A stretch of 63,552 bases of DNA, filler included, from Octopus bimaculoides (lineage: Eukaryota), in the NCBI RefSeq assembly GCF_001194135.2. It is 7 parts of 7 records of this genome, joined end to end, with 100 filler letters (N's around TTAATTAATTAA, not from the genome) between each part and the next. Parts side by side here need not be neighbours in the genome. Positions count along the whole stretch, not along the records: positions 13,273 to 39,922 come from NC_069000.1; positions 40,023 to 54,761 come from NC_068989.1; 5 more parts are not named here. One strand, given 5' to 3'. A program made the position numbers and the translations under genes. Of this stretch, positions 39,501 through 52,240 are shown one piece after another. Within the stretch, counting starts at the first letter, position 1. The number at the start of each line of letters is the position of its first letter. The notes below the pieces were generated by a model, which saw only the letters and a program-made list of their open reading frames with translations, ran no database searches and was not told the DNA's origin.

Positions 39501-40296
39501 ACATACATGCATACATGCATACATACATACATACATACATAAAAAAAGAAAAAGGCTGATTAGAAGACTACAGATTCAAGCCATCAATGGAACTGTAAAG
39601 ATATGTAAAACTTTCCAAAAATTTAGCACATAAATACATATGCATGCATCTAGACATAAAAACGCATCCATAAAACAAACATACAAATCTGCGCATACAC
39701 TAACACCAAATACTGCACACACAGACATATGCACAAATACCTAGATGATGTTGATAAAAGTTCCAATGAAGGAGCCTTGAATCTATGTTAGAGTCCGGCT
39801 CTTTCTCTATGGACAAGAAATACAGAAATGAAACTGATTGATAACATACATACATACGTACATACATATATATTTCTATATACACACACACACAAAAATA
39901 ATAATAATAATAATAATAATAANNNNNNNNNNNNNNNNNNNNNNNNNNNNNNNNNNNNNNNNNNNNTTAATTAATTAANNNNNNNNNNNNNNNNNNNNNN
40001 NNNNNNNNNNNNNNNNNNNNNNCAACTGGTACTTATTTTTTAGACCCCGAAAGGATGAAAGGCAAAGTCAACTTCGGCGGAATTTGAACTCACACACTCA
40101 TACATACAAATATCTGTCATTCTCTTCCAAATACGATCGACAGTCAAACATTTATTCCTTACAAACTGAATTTTTTTAATATCTTTCTTGAAACGCATTT
40201 ACTTACTACCATATATAGACACAGAATACACATTAATACACACATACATACAAATACCTGTCATTTTTTTTATTTAGTGTGTGTGCGTGTTGCCCA

Positions 40297-40723
40297 TCTT
40301 AATATATAATGCTGAAGTTCTGTACTTACTAACATATTGTTATTTAGTGTGTATGTGTGTAGCCCATATATATATGCACTTAAGACTTAGTTGTGGGTTG
40401 GGAGTTTGATCTGCAGAGGTCATTATTATCATTATTCAGATTAACACCCACACGATTTTCACTAGGGTGTTAGGGTTACGATTTTAGGGTTACGATGAGG
40501 GTTAGTCTTACGGTTACGGTTTTAGGGTTAGAGTTACGTAATCGTGCGGGTGAACAGCCTTCAGACTTTCCCTATTAATTTCGTCTTTTGAATTATGAAC
40601 ATATTTACATCATAAGGGTTTTTTCATTGTAAGGCTTTCTTTTTTAGTTGATTTTCACCTAGCAAGACTTATCGTAGATGGCGTAATAAGTCACACCCGG
40701 ACAACGTCGGGTTATACTGCTAG
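40297..40723 (+). mobile_element. Non-autonomous Helitron
   Basis: 5' a|TCTTAATATATAAT; 3' hairpin acccg-gacaacgt-cgggt (40695-40712) then CTAG|t; inserted between A and T; no TSD. Confidence 0.75.
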
Positions 40724-41469
40724 TAATGCATAAATTTACATATATTACTGACATGAGAAAAACACCCAGTACTCTAAAGTACTAGGTGTTTAGAAAGGGC
40801 ATCCAGCCATAAAATCCATGCCAAAACAAACATTGGACCTTTATGCAGTCCTTTGATCTGTCAGACTGTTAAATCATCCAACCCATGCCAGCATGGAATA
40901 CAAATGCTAAATGATGAAAAATATTGTGTGTGTGTGTGTGTGTGTGTGTATAATGAATATTTATCATGTACATTTTATAGTATGTACGTATATCACACTC
41001 ACTATGTGTATTATATTTTATTAGACATATCTTTTATCTTTAACTGATTTCAATCATTGGACTACAGTCGTGCTAAGGCACCAACTTGATGGCCTGGGTC
41101 AGGTAAATCGACCATAGTACTTAGTTTTTTTTAGTTTGGTACTTATATTTTCATTTCTGAAGTATGTTATAGATTGTGGAGTATCAATGACTGTTTTTAA
41201 TTCATGTGTTTAAAGTTTTAGGGTAGTTATTCCTTAGGTTATCATTATTTTCTGTTTCATATATTGGTAACATGTATTCCCAACTAGGTTCAATAATCTT
41301 TGTTTATGTTTAGTTCGCCAGTGCATTTAAATTCTATATTTCTTGAAATAATGTCCATTTTGGAGATATTTCTACTTTATTTGTAATTTCTGTACTTCAT
41401 AGTTATGGGTATGAAACAGTTTATGTCCAAGATTTGATGTTTGCATTTGTAATAATAAACAGGTGTAGA

Positions 41470-41880
41470 TATAATGAACATATTCCACCAATACCTCTGT
41501 TTCTAATTTTTCTATCAAATGCAATCATATGGGAACTGATTATGTCTTGGGAAAAACACATGGAAGAGCTTCATGAGAGAAAAGGCACCAAATATCAGGA
41601 GATAGTAGAGAAGCTCATGGTATTTGAACTGATGGACACATTGTGAGAAAATTGAAATATGCTACCAGGATTGTGAGAGGTTTTCAACCGGTGACGATCT
41701 GACTAGGCTTGAAGCTAATGGTGCAGCAAAGAAGCATAGGACACAAAGGGAAGAACAACAGGTTGCTTCTACTGGGATGCAAGATCAACTCCAGCTGGTT
41801 CAAATGGGTGAGGGAGCCTGATGTTGTTAGACCCAAAAGCCCCTAAGACACCAGAAACATCACTGAAGAAACACCCCAGA
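41470..41880 (+). mobile_element. HERO/NeSL-like RLE non-LTR retrotransposon 3' remnant
   Basis: IIWELIMSWEKHMEELHERKGTKYQEIV resembles the RLE motif ELTVPWEE..EEAHERK..KY; 3'UTR-like ctgatgttgttagacccaaa...acatcactgaag. Confidence 0.55.
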
Positions 41881-42319
41881 GAATCCATGAGATGTTTCTT
41901 GGAACTATTCATAAATGAAGTAGGAGTAGGTCAGAGATGAGTAGTACTTAAGGGACAATTATATAGGTATAAAATCAATTTTTTTTCTCCATTGCATGTA
42001 TTATGCCTATTACTTTGTTTATATGAGTTATTCAATTTCTAATTTATTTCTTTACTATTTTCAATGTTAAAATTTTTTTTTGTCAACAGTCATTTCTATC
42101 CAACAAATTCCAATAATTTTGAAAAGTAACAACTTCTGTCAAATCAGCTTTAAATGTTAATTGGATGAGTAATTAAAAAATTATCATGGCCCCATTTATA
42201 AGTATTTATAAACCATTGCATTCTTTGAGAAATTCACTTCTGCCTGATGATCAATAATGTAAAACTGAGTAACAGCTTACATAATCTTTTTTCTACTCTG
42301 TGAGTACAGCTTATATAAT

Positions 42320-43230
42320 GCCCCTTCTATCATGCTGGCATGGATCGTATCATACAAAAGGAACCAATGAGCCAGAGACTGCCAATGTTTACTTTGGCAT
42401 GGTTTCTACAGCCGGATGTCCTTCCCAATGCCAACCAATTTACAGAGTGTACTAGGTGCTTCTTTTTTTCATGGCACCAGCACCAGTGAGGTCATCAGAT
42501 ACTTGCAAAACAAGACCCAACAACGGAGTGACGAATAGTATTGAAGGTGGTGAAAGTATTATAGAGAGACAAGAACAGATTATACTGAAAAGGAGAATAC
42601 ATGGCTTCCCCAGCTGGAAAGAGAGATGGTGAGGGCATAAGAATAGGATTAGAGGAACAGAAAGGGTGGGTAGGTAAGTTCAAGAGTATGAAAAATGTAT
42701 GACAAATGATTAGAAGGGGAGTTGGATGCAATGAGTATTAGTTTTTTGGGTGGGGTGATGGTGAAGGAAACAAGAATGGGTCAAGGACGAGTTAAGGAAC
42801 AGTAATCATCATCATTTAACGTCTGTTTTCCATGCTGGCATGGGTTGGACAGTCTGGCAGAACTGGTAAGCCAGGGAGCTGCACCAGGTTCCAGTCTGAT
42901 TTGGCATGGTTTCTACAAGTGGATGCCCTTCCTAATGCCAACCACTACACTCCAGGAGTGTAGTGGGTGCTTTTTACATGCCACCAGCATGGGTACCAGT
43001 TACACAGCACCAGCCACGACTACAATCTCACTTGGCTTAACAGGTCTTCTCAAGCAAGGTGTATCACCAAAGGTCTCGGTCACCTGTCACTGCCTCCATG
43101 TAGTCCAACATTTGAACGATGCTTTTTACATACCACTAGCACAGGTGCCAGTCACACAGCACTGGCATTGGCCAAGACTAATTTCACTTGGCTTGACAGG
43201 TCTTCGCAAGCACACCATATCATCCAGTGT
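42320..43230 (-). mobile_element. Two RTE 3'UTR-derived fragments
   Basis: catgctggcatgg...ggatgcccttcctaatgccaacc...gggtgcttttac, reverse of 61448-61685. Confidence 0.7.
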
Positions 43231-43394
43231 GTGTGTGTGTATGTATATATATATATATGTATATATATAATCATCTGAAGAAAATGTCATTTCACATTAT
43301 TTCAACCATGCATATTTTGCACAAGTGTTATGTAATTCATCACATATAACTGTGTGGTGTGGTTCAAAATGGAATGCTACTGAAACAATTGTAA

Positions 43395-43940
43395 CTGGAG
43401 TGCGTGAGAAGACCCGGCAAGCCAAGTAAGATCGTTGCCAGTGCCCCTGGACTGGTTCTTGTGCGGGTGGCACATGAGATGCACCATTTTGAGCGTGGCC
43501 GTTGCCAGTACCGCCTGACTGGCTCCCGTAGGATTTTCGAGCGAGATCATTGCCAGTGCCCCTGGACTGGCTTGTGCGGGTGGCACATAAAAAACACCAT
43601 TTCGAGCGTGGCCGTTTTCGTGCGGGTGACACGTAAAAGCACCCACTACACTCTCTGAGTGGNNNNNNNNNNNNNNNNNNNNNNNNNNNNNNNNNNNNNN
43701 NNNNNNNNNNNNNNNNNNNNNNNNNNNNNNNNNNNNNNNNNNNNNNNNNNNNNNNNNNNNNNNNNNNNNNNNNNNNNNNNNNNNNNNNNNNNNNNNNNNN
43801 NNNNNNNNNNNNNNNNNNNNNNNNNNNNNNNNNNNNNNNNNNNNNNNNNNNNNNNNNNNNNNNNNNNNNNNNNNNNNNNNNNNNNNNNNNNNNNNNNNNN
43901 NNNNNNNNNNNNAAAGCGGACGTTAAACGATGATGATGAT
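43395..43940 (+). mobile_element. RTE LINE 3'UTR with tandem subrepeats, spanning a gap
   Basis: Repeated gtgcgggtggcac.t.a.a..caccatt.gagcg units; ends aaagcggacgttaaac(GAT)n. Confidence 0.8.
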
Positions 43941-44543
43941 GATACCTTCATCATCTATGTCTCTTTCATATGAAGAGAGAGAGAGACATCCATGCACACA
44001 CACATATACATACATACATACAGAATTTAACACTTTTCCATTCTTGTACTGAAATAATTCTTTTTTTTATATACAAAAGTACAATTTCTAAAGCACTTCA
44101 AACAAATGCAGAAAAAGACTGAGAAAATGATACCTAAAGACACTGATTTTTTTTTTTTTGCTTCTCCCCTCCCTCTATGTGCTTAAATCTCCTTTTTCTC
44201 TTTCTTTCATCATTTCCCATTTCAAACATCACCACCAATGCCTCCTCTACTACCACTACCTTAAGTGTTTATTCCATTTAATTCATTTCATTTAGCATTA
44301 CACAAAGAGTAGGTAGGTTAGAATATACTGTTGTATTGATATTATAACTACCACTATTTTCCTTACTGTTACTAATAACTTAAAAACTTTCATTTAGATC
44401 CAATTAGACTCTAAAAAGCCTTATCATAGAATGAACTAATAGAAACAATAAAACTAGACACAGCCCCATACTTGAAAGTAGGAAAATCCTAAAGCCACTA
44501 GTGCAGCAAATGCAGGCTATATATATACACATATATACACACA

Positions 44544-44865
44544 CATGCATATATGGGTACAGGATGTCACCAGCAGTAAACAACATGAAATACAGAAACA
44601 AAGCAGTTCTATGCAAACAACGAGAGAAACAAATGAAAAACAGGACAAATAACATAAAGAACGACCTTGGTACTTATAGGAGCATCTGTTTTTAAAGACT
44701 CATATTGTCGAAATAAGGAGTAGATAGACAGCCGATAACTGATGAAGGGTTGTTCTTTATGTTACTTGTGCTGTTTTCCATTTGTTTCTCTCGTTGTTTG
44801 TGTATTGAACTCATTTGTTTTCGTATTTCATATTGTTTACCGTCGGTAACGTCCTGAGTGCATGT
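44544..44865. repeat. Imperfect inverted repeat, arms about 120 bp
   Basis: 44544-44668 versus reverse complement of 44745-44865 (caaacaacgagagaaacaaatg / catttgtttctctcgttgtttg). Confidence 0.75.
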
Positions 44866-44870
44866 GTGTG

Positions 44871-44936
<66 letters not shown>

Positions 44937-45541
44937 CAGACTCCTGTCGAAAATGATGTGTGAACACTCAGCTTTTGCTGAACAACCTGCACAAATGATT
45001 TGTTTATAGTGACCAAATGTTTGTGCCACACATTAGCTCGCTCACTACATCAAATCAATGTTGTCTGAACAGATGCACGGTGTACCACATGTTGGGTGTC
45101 GAACGTTGTGTTCTTGAACAAAAGTATTTTGCTCAAGACCACAACACACCACCCAGTCTAGGAATTGAAATCACAATCTAGAGGTTGTAAATGCAACACC
45201 CAAACTACTAAGTTATGCGCCCTCATGCACACGCACACACACACATATATATCAGTTGCTGGATTTGTTAAGATAACAACTTGAAAATAAGTAGTTTGAA
45301 TTAGTTTCCCTCTATATTTTTGATTCACTTCCTCTATAAATTCTATTGTGTTTTCTGAAAATTTCACTTTTTCCATCATGATTGTTGGTGAACTAGCCAC
45401 CTATTTCTGCCTTACCTGTTTATATCTTTCAAATTTACTTGAAGATGGTGGATTTTTGCCACGATGTGATCTAAGAATGCATAGATAAAATAATGCTGAA
45501 ACAGCTGCTGTGAATTTTGAACCCCACTTTTTTTTTTTATA

Positions 45542-45573
<32 letters not shown>

Positions 45574-45574
<1 letters not shown>

Positions 45575-46406
45575 GGTGCGATGGGTAAAATGTCACTATT
45601 TTATATTTTTAATTTCGTGCATGTGCATAGTTTGGTTTTGATTTTGTCAACTGGGCACTGTCTGAGAAAAAAAAGCACTATGACGCAATTCACTTAGCCA
45701 GAAATTTGCATACGACAAGCTGTACTGCTTGGCATTCACACTGGAAGCTCCAATAAGAACATTTCTGAGTATTTGGGTGTCAATCTGAGGACAGTGCAAT
45801 ACGAAGACATGTACTGAGAGTGATGAAAATCAAACATCCAGTTAACATCATGATGTTTGGAGTGATCACAAGTGATGGCGACATTGTGCCTTTATCTTCC
45901 CACATGGCCTCAGACTCAACAGGGTGGCCTACACCAAGTGCCTTGAGGAGGTAGTGCCACCCTGTGTTAAGAGAGTGGCTGCTGGAAGACCCTACGTCTG
46001 GCAACAGGACTCTGCACCGTGCCACACAAGCAGGAGAATCCAGTCGTGGCTGTCAGACAATTTTTGCGACCACATCACCCTTAACATCTGGCCACCTAAC
46101 TCCCCAGGCTGCAACCTGCTTGATTATTATGTGTGGGGCACAGTTGAGTGAAAGACCAACAAAACTCCATGTAACACCAAAGATGAACTGAAGGCAAGGA
46201 TTATGGGTAAACAAGGAGATCATCCAGAAGAGTTGCAGGAGATTCCAAAATTGTCTGAAGGCCATGGCAATTTTATTAAATAAATTTACTCTTTAGTATT
46301 TCAAGATATTTTTATGTAATTTTGGAAAATATACCTGTTAAAATGAGATGTCAGTGTTATTTTCATTTTTGCATAATCTAGACAACAGGTTATTCACCAC
46401 ACCCTG
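45574..46406 (+). mobile_element. Internally deleted maT (DD37D) Tc1/mariner element
   Basis: PYVWQQDSAPCHTSRR...WPPNSPGCNLLDYYVWG with 37 residues between the last two Asp; right end caccctg. Confidence 0.85.
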
Positions 46407-46494
46407 TGCATATAAATAAATATATATAATATATACTAGGTATTGAACAAGTATTTCCTTGGATGAAACCATCCCTTCATGAGGTTAACACAAC

Positions 46495-47560
46495 CTACTG
46501 AAAATGTGCAGAAAACAGCTTCCATCACATTCCAGGAGGAAAAACAAGTAGTTGATAGCTTCCATTACCTGGGTGACTAAGTCAGTAGCAGGGGTTGATG
46601 CTCTGAGAGTGTAGCTGCTGGTGACAAAGGCCTCTTGCTCAGAGGAAAAGGTAGACTGTATGACACGTGTGTGAACAGCCATGCTCTGCTGAGGATATGC
46701 ATAAGCTTGCAAGGAATGAAGCTAGTATGCTCCACTGGATGTGTAATGTCAGCGTGCATACACAACAGAGTGTAAGGGCCCTGAGAGAAAAGTTGGACTT
46801 AAGAATCATCAGTTGTGGTGTGCAAGAGAGATGAGTGTGCTGGTATGGTCATGTGTTGCGTATGGATGAGGACAGCTGTGTGAAAAAGTGTCACATCCTA
46901 GCAGTAGATGGAACCTGTGGAAGAGGTAGACCCAACCTTCGGACGTTGGGCCTCAAGGAGGTGATGACAAGTGATTGAGACCTTTAGCTATATGCTGTGT
47001 TTGAGAAGACCCAGCTAACCAAGTGAGACTGTAACCGTGGCGTATGCCAGTGCAGCAAAACTGGCCCATTTGAGAGTACCCTTCAATCATTGGGCAATAA
47101 ACTGCGCTTGCAAAGACCTGTTGAGTCAAGTGAAGTCATTGTCATGGCCGATGCCAGTACTTCCTGATTGGCACCCGTGCTGATGGCACATAAAAAGCAC
47201 CATTCAACAAGGTCGACGCCAGTGCCACCTGACTGACTCCCATGCCGGTGACATGTAAAATGTACCATTTAAGCGGGGTCGTTGCCAGTGCTGCCTGACT
47301 GGCTCCCATGCTGGTGGCACGTAAAAAGGACCATTCAAGTGTGGTCAATGCCAGTACTGCCTGACTGGACCTCATGCAAGTGGTACGTAAAAAGAACACC
47401 CACTACACTCTCAGAGTGGTTGGCGTTAGGAAGGGCATCCAGCTGTAGAAACTTTGCCAGATCAGATTGAAGCTTGGTGGTAGTCTTCTGACTTGCCAAC
47501 TTTCAGTCAAACCATGCAACCCATGCCAGCATGAAAAGTGGACATTAAACGATGACGATA
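46495..47560 (+). mobile_element. Decayed RTE LINE 3' portion with tandem-repeat 3'UTR
   Basis: VVDSFHYLGD, WYGHVLRMDEDSCVKKC, GTCGRGRP; same family as 62345-63552. Confidence 0.8.
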
Positions 47561-47570
47561 TACATATTTT

Positions 47571-47608
<38 letters not shown>

Positions 47609-48261
47609 CACACTCATACAAATATATCAAAATAATATTGAAAAAGACATATATTAATGGAAAGGATAATGAACAGAGATGGATGAACCCATTTCATCAG
47701 CCATGTTTTTAACCAGAATCACTACAATTTTGGCAATGGAAAACATGAGATCATTCATCTGAAAAGCACCAGATGAGAAAACAACAAACCAAACACAAGT
47801 TTCCAAATGAAACATAGTGGACAAATGGGAGCAAAAATATACAGACCATTAACAATAATGGTGTCTTTAAACTCTAGAAAGAGACGAAGAGGATGCTAGT
47901 GTAGAGAAAAAGTAAGAGGAAGGTGTGGTGGGAATCAGTAGGAGTAGGCTGCATGAGAGAATTGTGAGAGAGAGGCAAAAGAACACAAGAAAGACGGTGT
48001 AAGTCATACTGAGAAATATATGTTACATATATAAACATATCATCATCATTTAACACCCCTTTCCTCATGCTAGCATGGGTTGGATAGTTCAAATGAACAG
48101 ATGAACCAGAGAGCTAAGCCAAGTTCAAATATCTGCTTCCTAATGCCAACCACTTCATGGAGTATGCATACATTTGTTATATAATATATAGCTGATATAA
48201 TATATTCGCTATATAATACATCATTATTATAAATATATGCATGATATAACTTGTTATATAT

Positions 48262-48620
48262 TCTTTCATTCTTTTACTTGTTTCAGTCATTGAACTGCGG
48301 CTCTGCTGGAGTACCACCTTTAATCGAACAAACTGACCTTAGGACTTATTCTATATAAGCCTAGTACTTATTCTATCGGTGTCTTTTGCTGAATTGCTAA
48401 GTTACAGGGACATAAGTACACAAGCGATGTTGCAGGGACAAACACACACACATATACGACGGGCTTCTTTCAGTTTCCATCTACTAAATCCACTCACAAA
48501 GCTTTGGTCAGACCAAGGCTATAGTAGAAGACACTTGCTCAAGGTGCCACAGAGTGTGACTGAACCCGGAACCATGCGGTTGGTAAGCAAGCTACTTACC
48601 ACACAGCCACTCCTGCGCCT
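48262..48620 (-). mobile_element. SINE family C
   Basis: Same modules as 19628-20020. Confidence 0.8.
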
Positions 48621-50805
48621 ATATATATTTATTATATAAATATACAATAAATATATATCATATTTAACGTATATAACTATTTTTATGTAATTATTTATAA
48701 AATAGTAAAAATATGTAATAAACACCTATTAAGTAAATATACAATAAACAAATATGTGTGTATCTGCATACATAAAATACATTCAATAAAATCGTTATAT
48801 ATAAAAGTGTATTGTCAAAACGCTATATTTATGATAGCGTGTTAGTACTAGGATTATATAATTATATACATATATTACATAAGCAAAATTCATAATATAT
48901 TTCACAAGGATATTTATACAATGTAAAACAGATATATATTATCTAAATTAAATTTATAGGAGTCAAATTGATATTATATAGGTTAAAATTGTAATATATC
49001 AGTGAAATCTATATTATATCAATGAAATCTATATTATATCAATGAAATCTATAGAATATATAAACACCTACACGGCCAACATTGTCAGCGATGGGATACG
49101 CGACACTGATTTGTCAGTGCTAACATCACTTGGTAATATCATAACCAGCTGATCTCTCAGAGTGTTACATTTAAGTAGTGAATATGTAATGACGTTCGGA
49201 AGAATGGAACGTAATCGGATGACATATGCAAATTCATGGTTAGTGGCGGTTAATGTACTTCAAACAAACATCGAAGCGAGTCCGAGGAGGAGGAGATGGG
49301 TCAATGTCCTTACAAACATCCTTAGAAGTGGTGTGAGAGACTGCGTGAAATTAATGCAATTAAATGTTGAGTCTGAAGCGTTGCAGGAGATTGGAATTAC
49401 AATTATAACTAATAAATGCTTAAATACCCAAATGAAATGAATTTAAAACAGGAGATATATTTTCCAGTCCTGTGAGAATAGTGCATGACAACTGATAAGA
49501 TGTATTTATAAACTTCTTTTAGAAAATCAAGACATGACAGTTATCAATGCCATCAACAAAATGAAAATTCTATCAATCGTTCAAGTTGTACAGATATAGC
49601 CAAAACAAGTTTAAAAGCTGTACGAGTTGATGGATGGATGGAAACATCTAAATAGAGAAAATAGCAACAGCCTATTTAATGATATAAAAACAAGATAAGT
49701 TCAACAGTTGAGAAAACCAAAAACCATCAATAGGCATCGAAAACATTATTTGCAAACTATTTTGATATCTAAAAATAGTTGTAATAGTAATAAATCGCAT
49801 TCTTCTATTGTAAATAAAGCGAGAAATGATGAAGAAAGCTAATAGACTGATGTCATTTTATAGAAAATCTAACCATGAGGTAATTGGAATAATGGTGATA
49901 ATTTCTTATGCAGACTAAAAATATACCTTTATACTTTCGTGGGACATATCGAGTGAAATACTAGCTGAAGAACACTCAGCAAGCCTGGAAATGAGCCATA
50001 TGTAAAACAAATTTTCGGGAAAGGTATATAAAAATTTAATTTATAAAAATAACTGACATAATAAATTATAAATACGTAACAATAATAAATTATTAATGTG
50101 TTAAAAACAATGTCATTAAAACAAAAACAGTGAAAACTACAAGGTATTCTAGAATATATAGCATCTCAAAACTATCGAATGCAGTAGAAAGTTCTTGGCA
50201 TAAATACTTAGGATTTTCACCTGAAACCACGTATTATAGCAATGCCTTAAGGAAGGCATAAGCATCACAACACCTCATCTGTTTTAATTTGTGATGTCAT
50301 GTTCTAGTTATTGCTGTAAGCGGACTTCAAGTTAAAAACTATACAGCTAATAGTACTCGTGTAAATATTTATGAACAGCCATTGAGTTGTTTGAAACGTT
50401 GGAAGTTTTTACAAAATTTACAATATATATTCACTTCGGAAACAATACATACAATTAAATAAGCAGTATGGCTAAGAAATAAAACTGCGATACATCAATG
50501 ACATACGCATAAACATAATATACTAATCCTGTTTGTATGGGAAAGTGCTAAATAATCACCGCGACAGATTTTTTTTTATATTAAAGAACTAAATTTGGTC
50601 ATGTTAAAGAGAAATTATCGAAGTATTGTAGACGAATTCCAAATAACAATTCAAATAACCTTAACGTCAGGGACAACGATTAAAACGGACGATAACGTTG
50701 TTAGAGATTTCAACCTCAGTGAGTTTAAAAAAATCAGAATTAAAAAAAATACAAACGATGAAACAGAATAATTAAGTGAAAAGCAAAAAGCAAGCATTAT
50801 CTCAC

Positions 50806-51015
50806 CTTGCACTCTGGAACGACCGATTCTTTGCCGTCTGGATGCCATGCTACACGAACAGTACCCCGCCGTACACAGTCGCAAAATTGATCTGGATCGT
50901 TCTGTTCTTCATCACTGCTGACATACTCCGAATTTTCCAGTACCAGCCCATATACACAGCCTTTATCGGTTACCATACACACTTCATCTTCGTCGAATAT
51001 ATTGCAGGCAGCCAT
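50806..51015 (-). CDS. UBE2O: First coding exon of (E3-independent) E2 ubiquitin-conjugating enzyme UBE2O-like
   Basis: 70 codons MAACNIFDEDEVCMVTDKGCVYGLVLENSEYVSSDEEQNDPDQFCDCVRRGTVRVAWHPDGKESVVPECK; matches the recalled UBE2O N-terminus (GLV, acidic SSDEE, RRG.VRV.W.P.G); phase-0 donor AAG|gtgag. Confidence 0.85.
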
Positions 51016-51039
51016 ACCTGTGACAGGGAATTGTGGGAG

Positions 51040-51185
51040 CGACCTGCGCCGGAAGTAATAATAGCAATAGTCGTCGTAGCATTAGAGAAGAATGCACATG
51101 GCATGGTGTCTGTGGTAATTTAGCGAAAATAACAATGCAGAGCTAGCTCAATAATAACAACGGCCGTTTTCCAGCGATTGGTTAA
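51040..51185 (-). promoter_or_regulatory. Putative UBE2O proximal promoter/5'UTR
   Basis: CpG-containing; ETS-type ccggaagt at about 51049-51056; CCAAT box (gattgg) near 51176-51181. Confidence 0.4.
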
Positions 51186-51536
51186 CTTACAAACGTATTT
51201 AAAAGAAACTAATTATTGCAATCTATCAACTTTTTACAATTGGACCTCCCATTATATATATATGGATTTACTCGAGAACCTTTTTTTTTTTCTGCTAGAT
51301 TCTTTAATTGATATGGTTGAAAACATTTTACGTCATTAAACAAATTTTAGATTAAATAGTGCAAGCTTGTAGCCTTCCAGTTTTACGCAATTCAGCTGAT
51401 GCATCACTAAATTTTATATATATATGTGTGTGTGTGTGTGTATGTATATATATTATATATGTATATGTATGTATAAATGTATATATATGTGTGTATGTAT
51501 AAATATATATATGTACATATATAAATATATGTACAT

Positions 51537-51611
<75 letters not shown>

Positions 51612-51612
<1 letters not shown>

Positions 51613-52030
51613 AATTTTTTTTCAGAATGAGATAAAAACCAAGACTGTGAAGATTTTAGAACATTTATAAATAGGTCTTACAGCTGTTTCCAGCATATTT
51701 TTTATATCCCTTCATTAGAGATGGTGTGAGAAAATGGTTCAACAATAGTAAATTTAGATAAGATATGAAATAGAGAGTGAAGTGGAGGAATGGGAAACAG
51801 CTGTAAGACCTATTTATAAATGTTCTAAAATCTTCACAGCCTTCGTTTTTTATCTCATTCTGAAAAAATTTTAATTTTTTTATATATACACATGCTGATA
51901 TATAACCTATGTTGGACTCCTTATTCACATAATCACCGAACCGGGAGCTTAACTATGGTCTGTCCATAGCATTTACTCAGCATTACCTGAAAACTCTGGG
52001 TCTTATTGACACCATTACCTCTCATAACCA
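51612..52030. mobile_element. Penelope-like pseudo-LTR remnant with inverted arms
   Basis: Perfect 47-bp inverted repeat 51645-51691 / 51793-51839 within longer arms; contains a hammerhead motif; right boundary uncertain. Confidence 0.55.
51675..51722 (-). ncRNA. Minimal type-I hammerhead-like motif with G5A change
   Basis: Minus strand TCT-CTAATGA-A-gggatat-aaaaa-atatgctg-GAAAC-AGCT-GTA-AGA; palindromic CAGCTG stem III, imperfect stem II. Confidence 0.55.
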
Positions 52031-52064
52031 CATATATAAATATATATACACACACATGTATATA

Positions 52065-52240
52065 TCATCATCATCATCGTTTAACGTCCGCTTTCCATGC
52101 TAGCATGGGTTGGACGATTTGACTGAGGACTGGTGAAGCCGGATGGCAACACCAGGCTCCAATCTAACTTTAGCAGAGTTTCTACAGCTGGATGCCCTTC
52201 CTAACGCCAACCACTCAGAGAGTGTAGTGGGTGCTTTTAC
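52065..52240 (-). mobile_element. RTE 3'UTR-derived fragment
   Basis: Close reverse complement of 61510-61680. Confidence 0.8.

Noticed and set aside
45415-45470. Minus-strand exon-like segment (ttcttag|...CAG|gtaagg) as UBE2O exon 2
   Set aside because: Splicing to the phase-0 exon 1 gives an in-frame TAA; no UBE2O similarity; the region may instead be a hAT transposase relic (AFLDHIVAKIHHLQVNL)
49162-49440. 92-aa ORF with RMERNRM and PRRRRWV
   Set aside because: At best a very old RTE-like C-terminal relic; too diverged to call
50221-50240. atgccttaa resembling the U12 snRNA 5' end
   Set aside because: 9-nt match only; no downstream U12 features or Sm site
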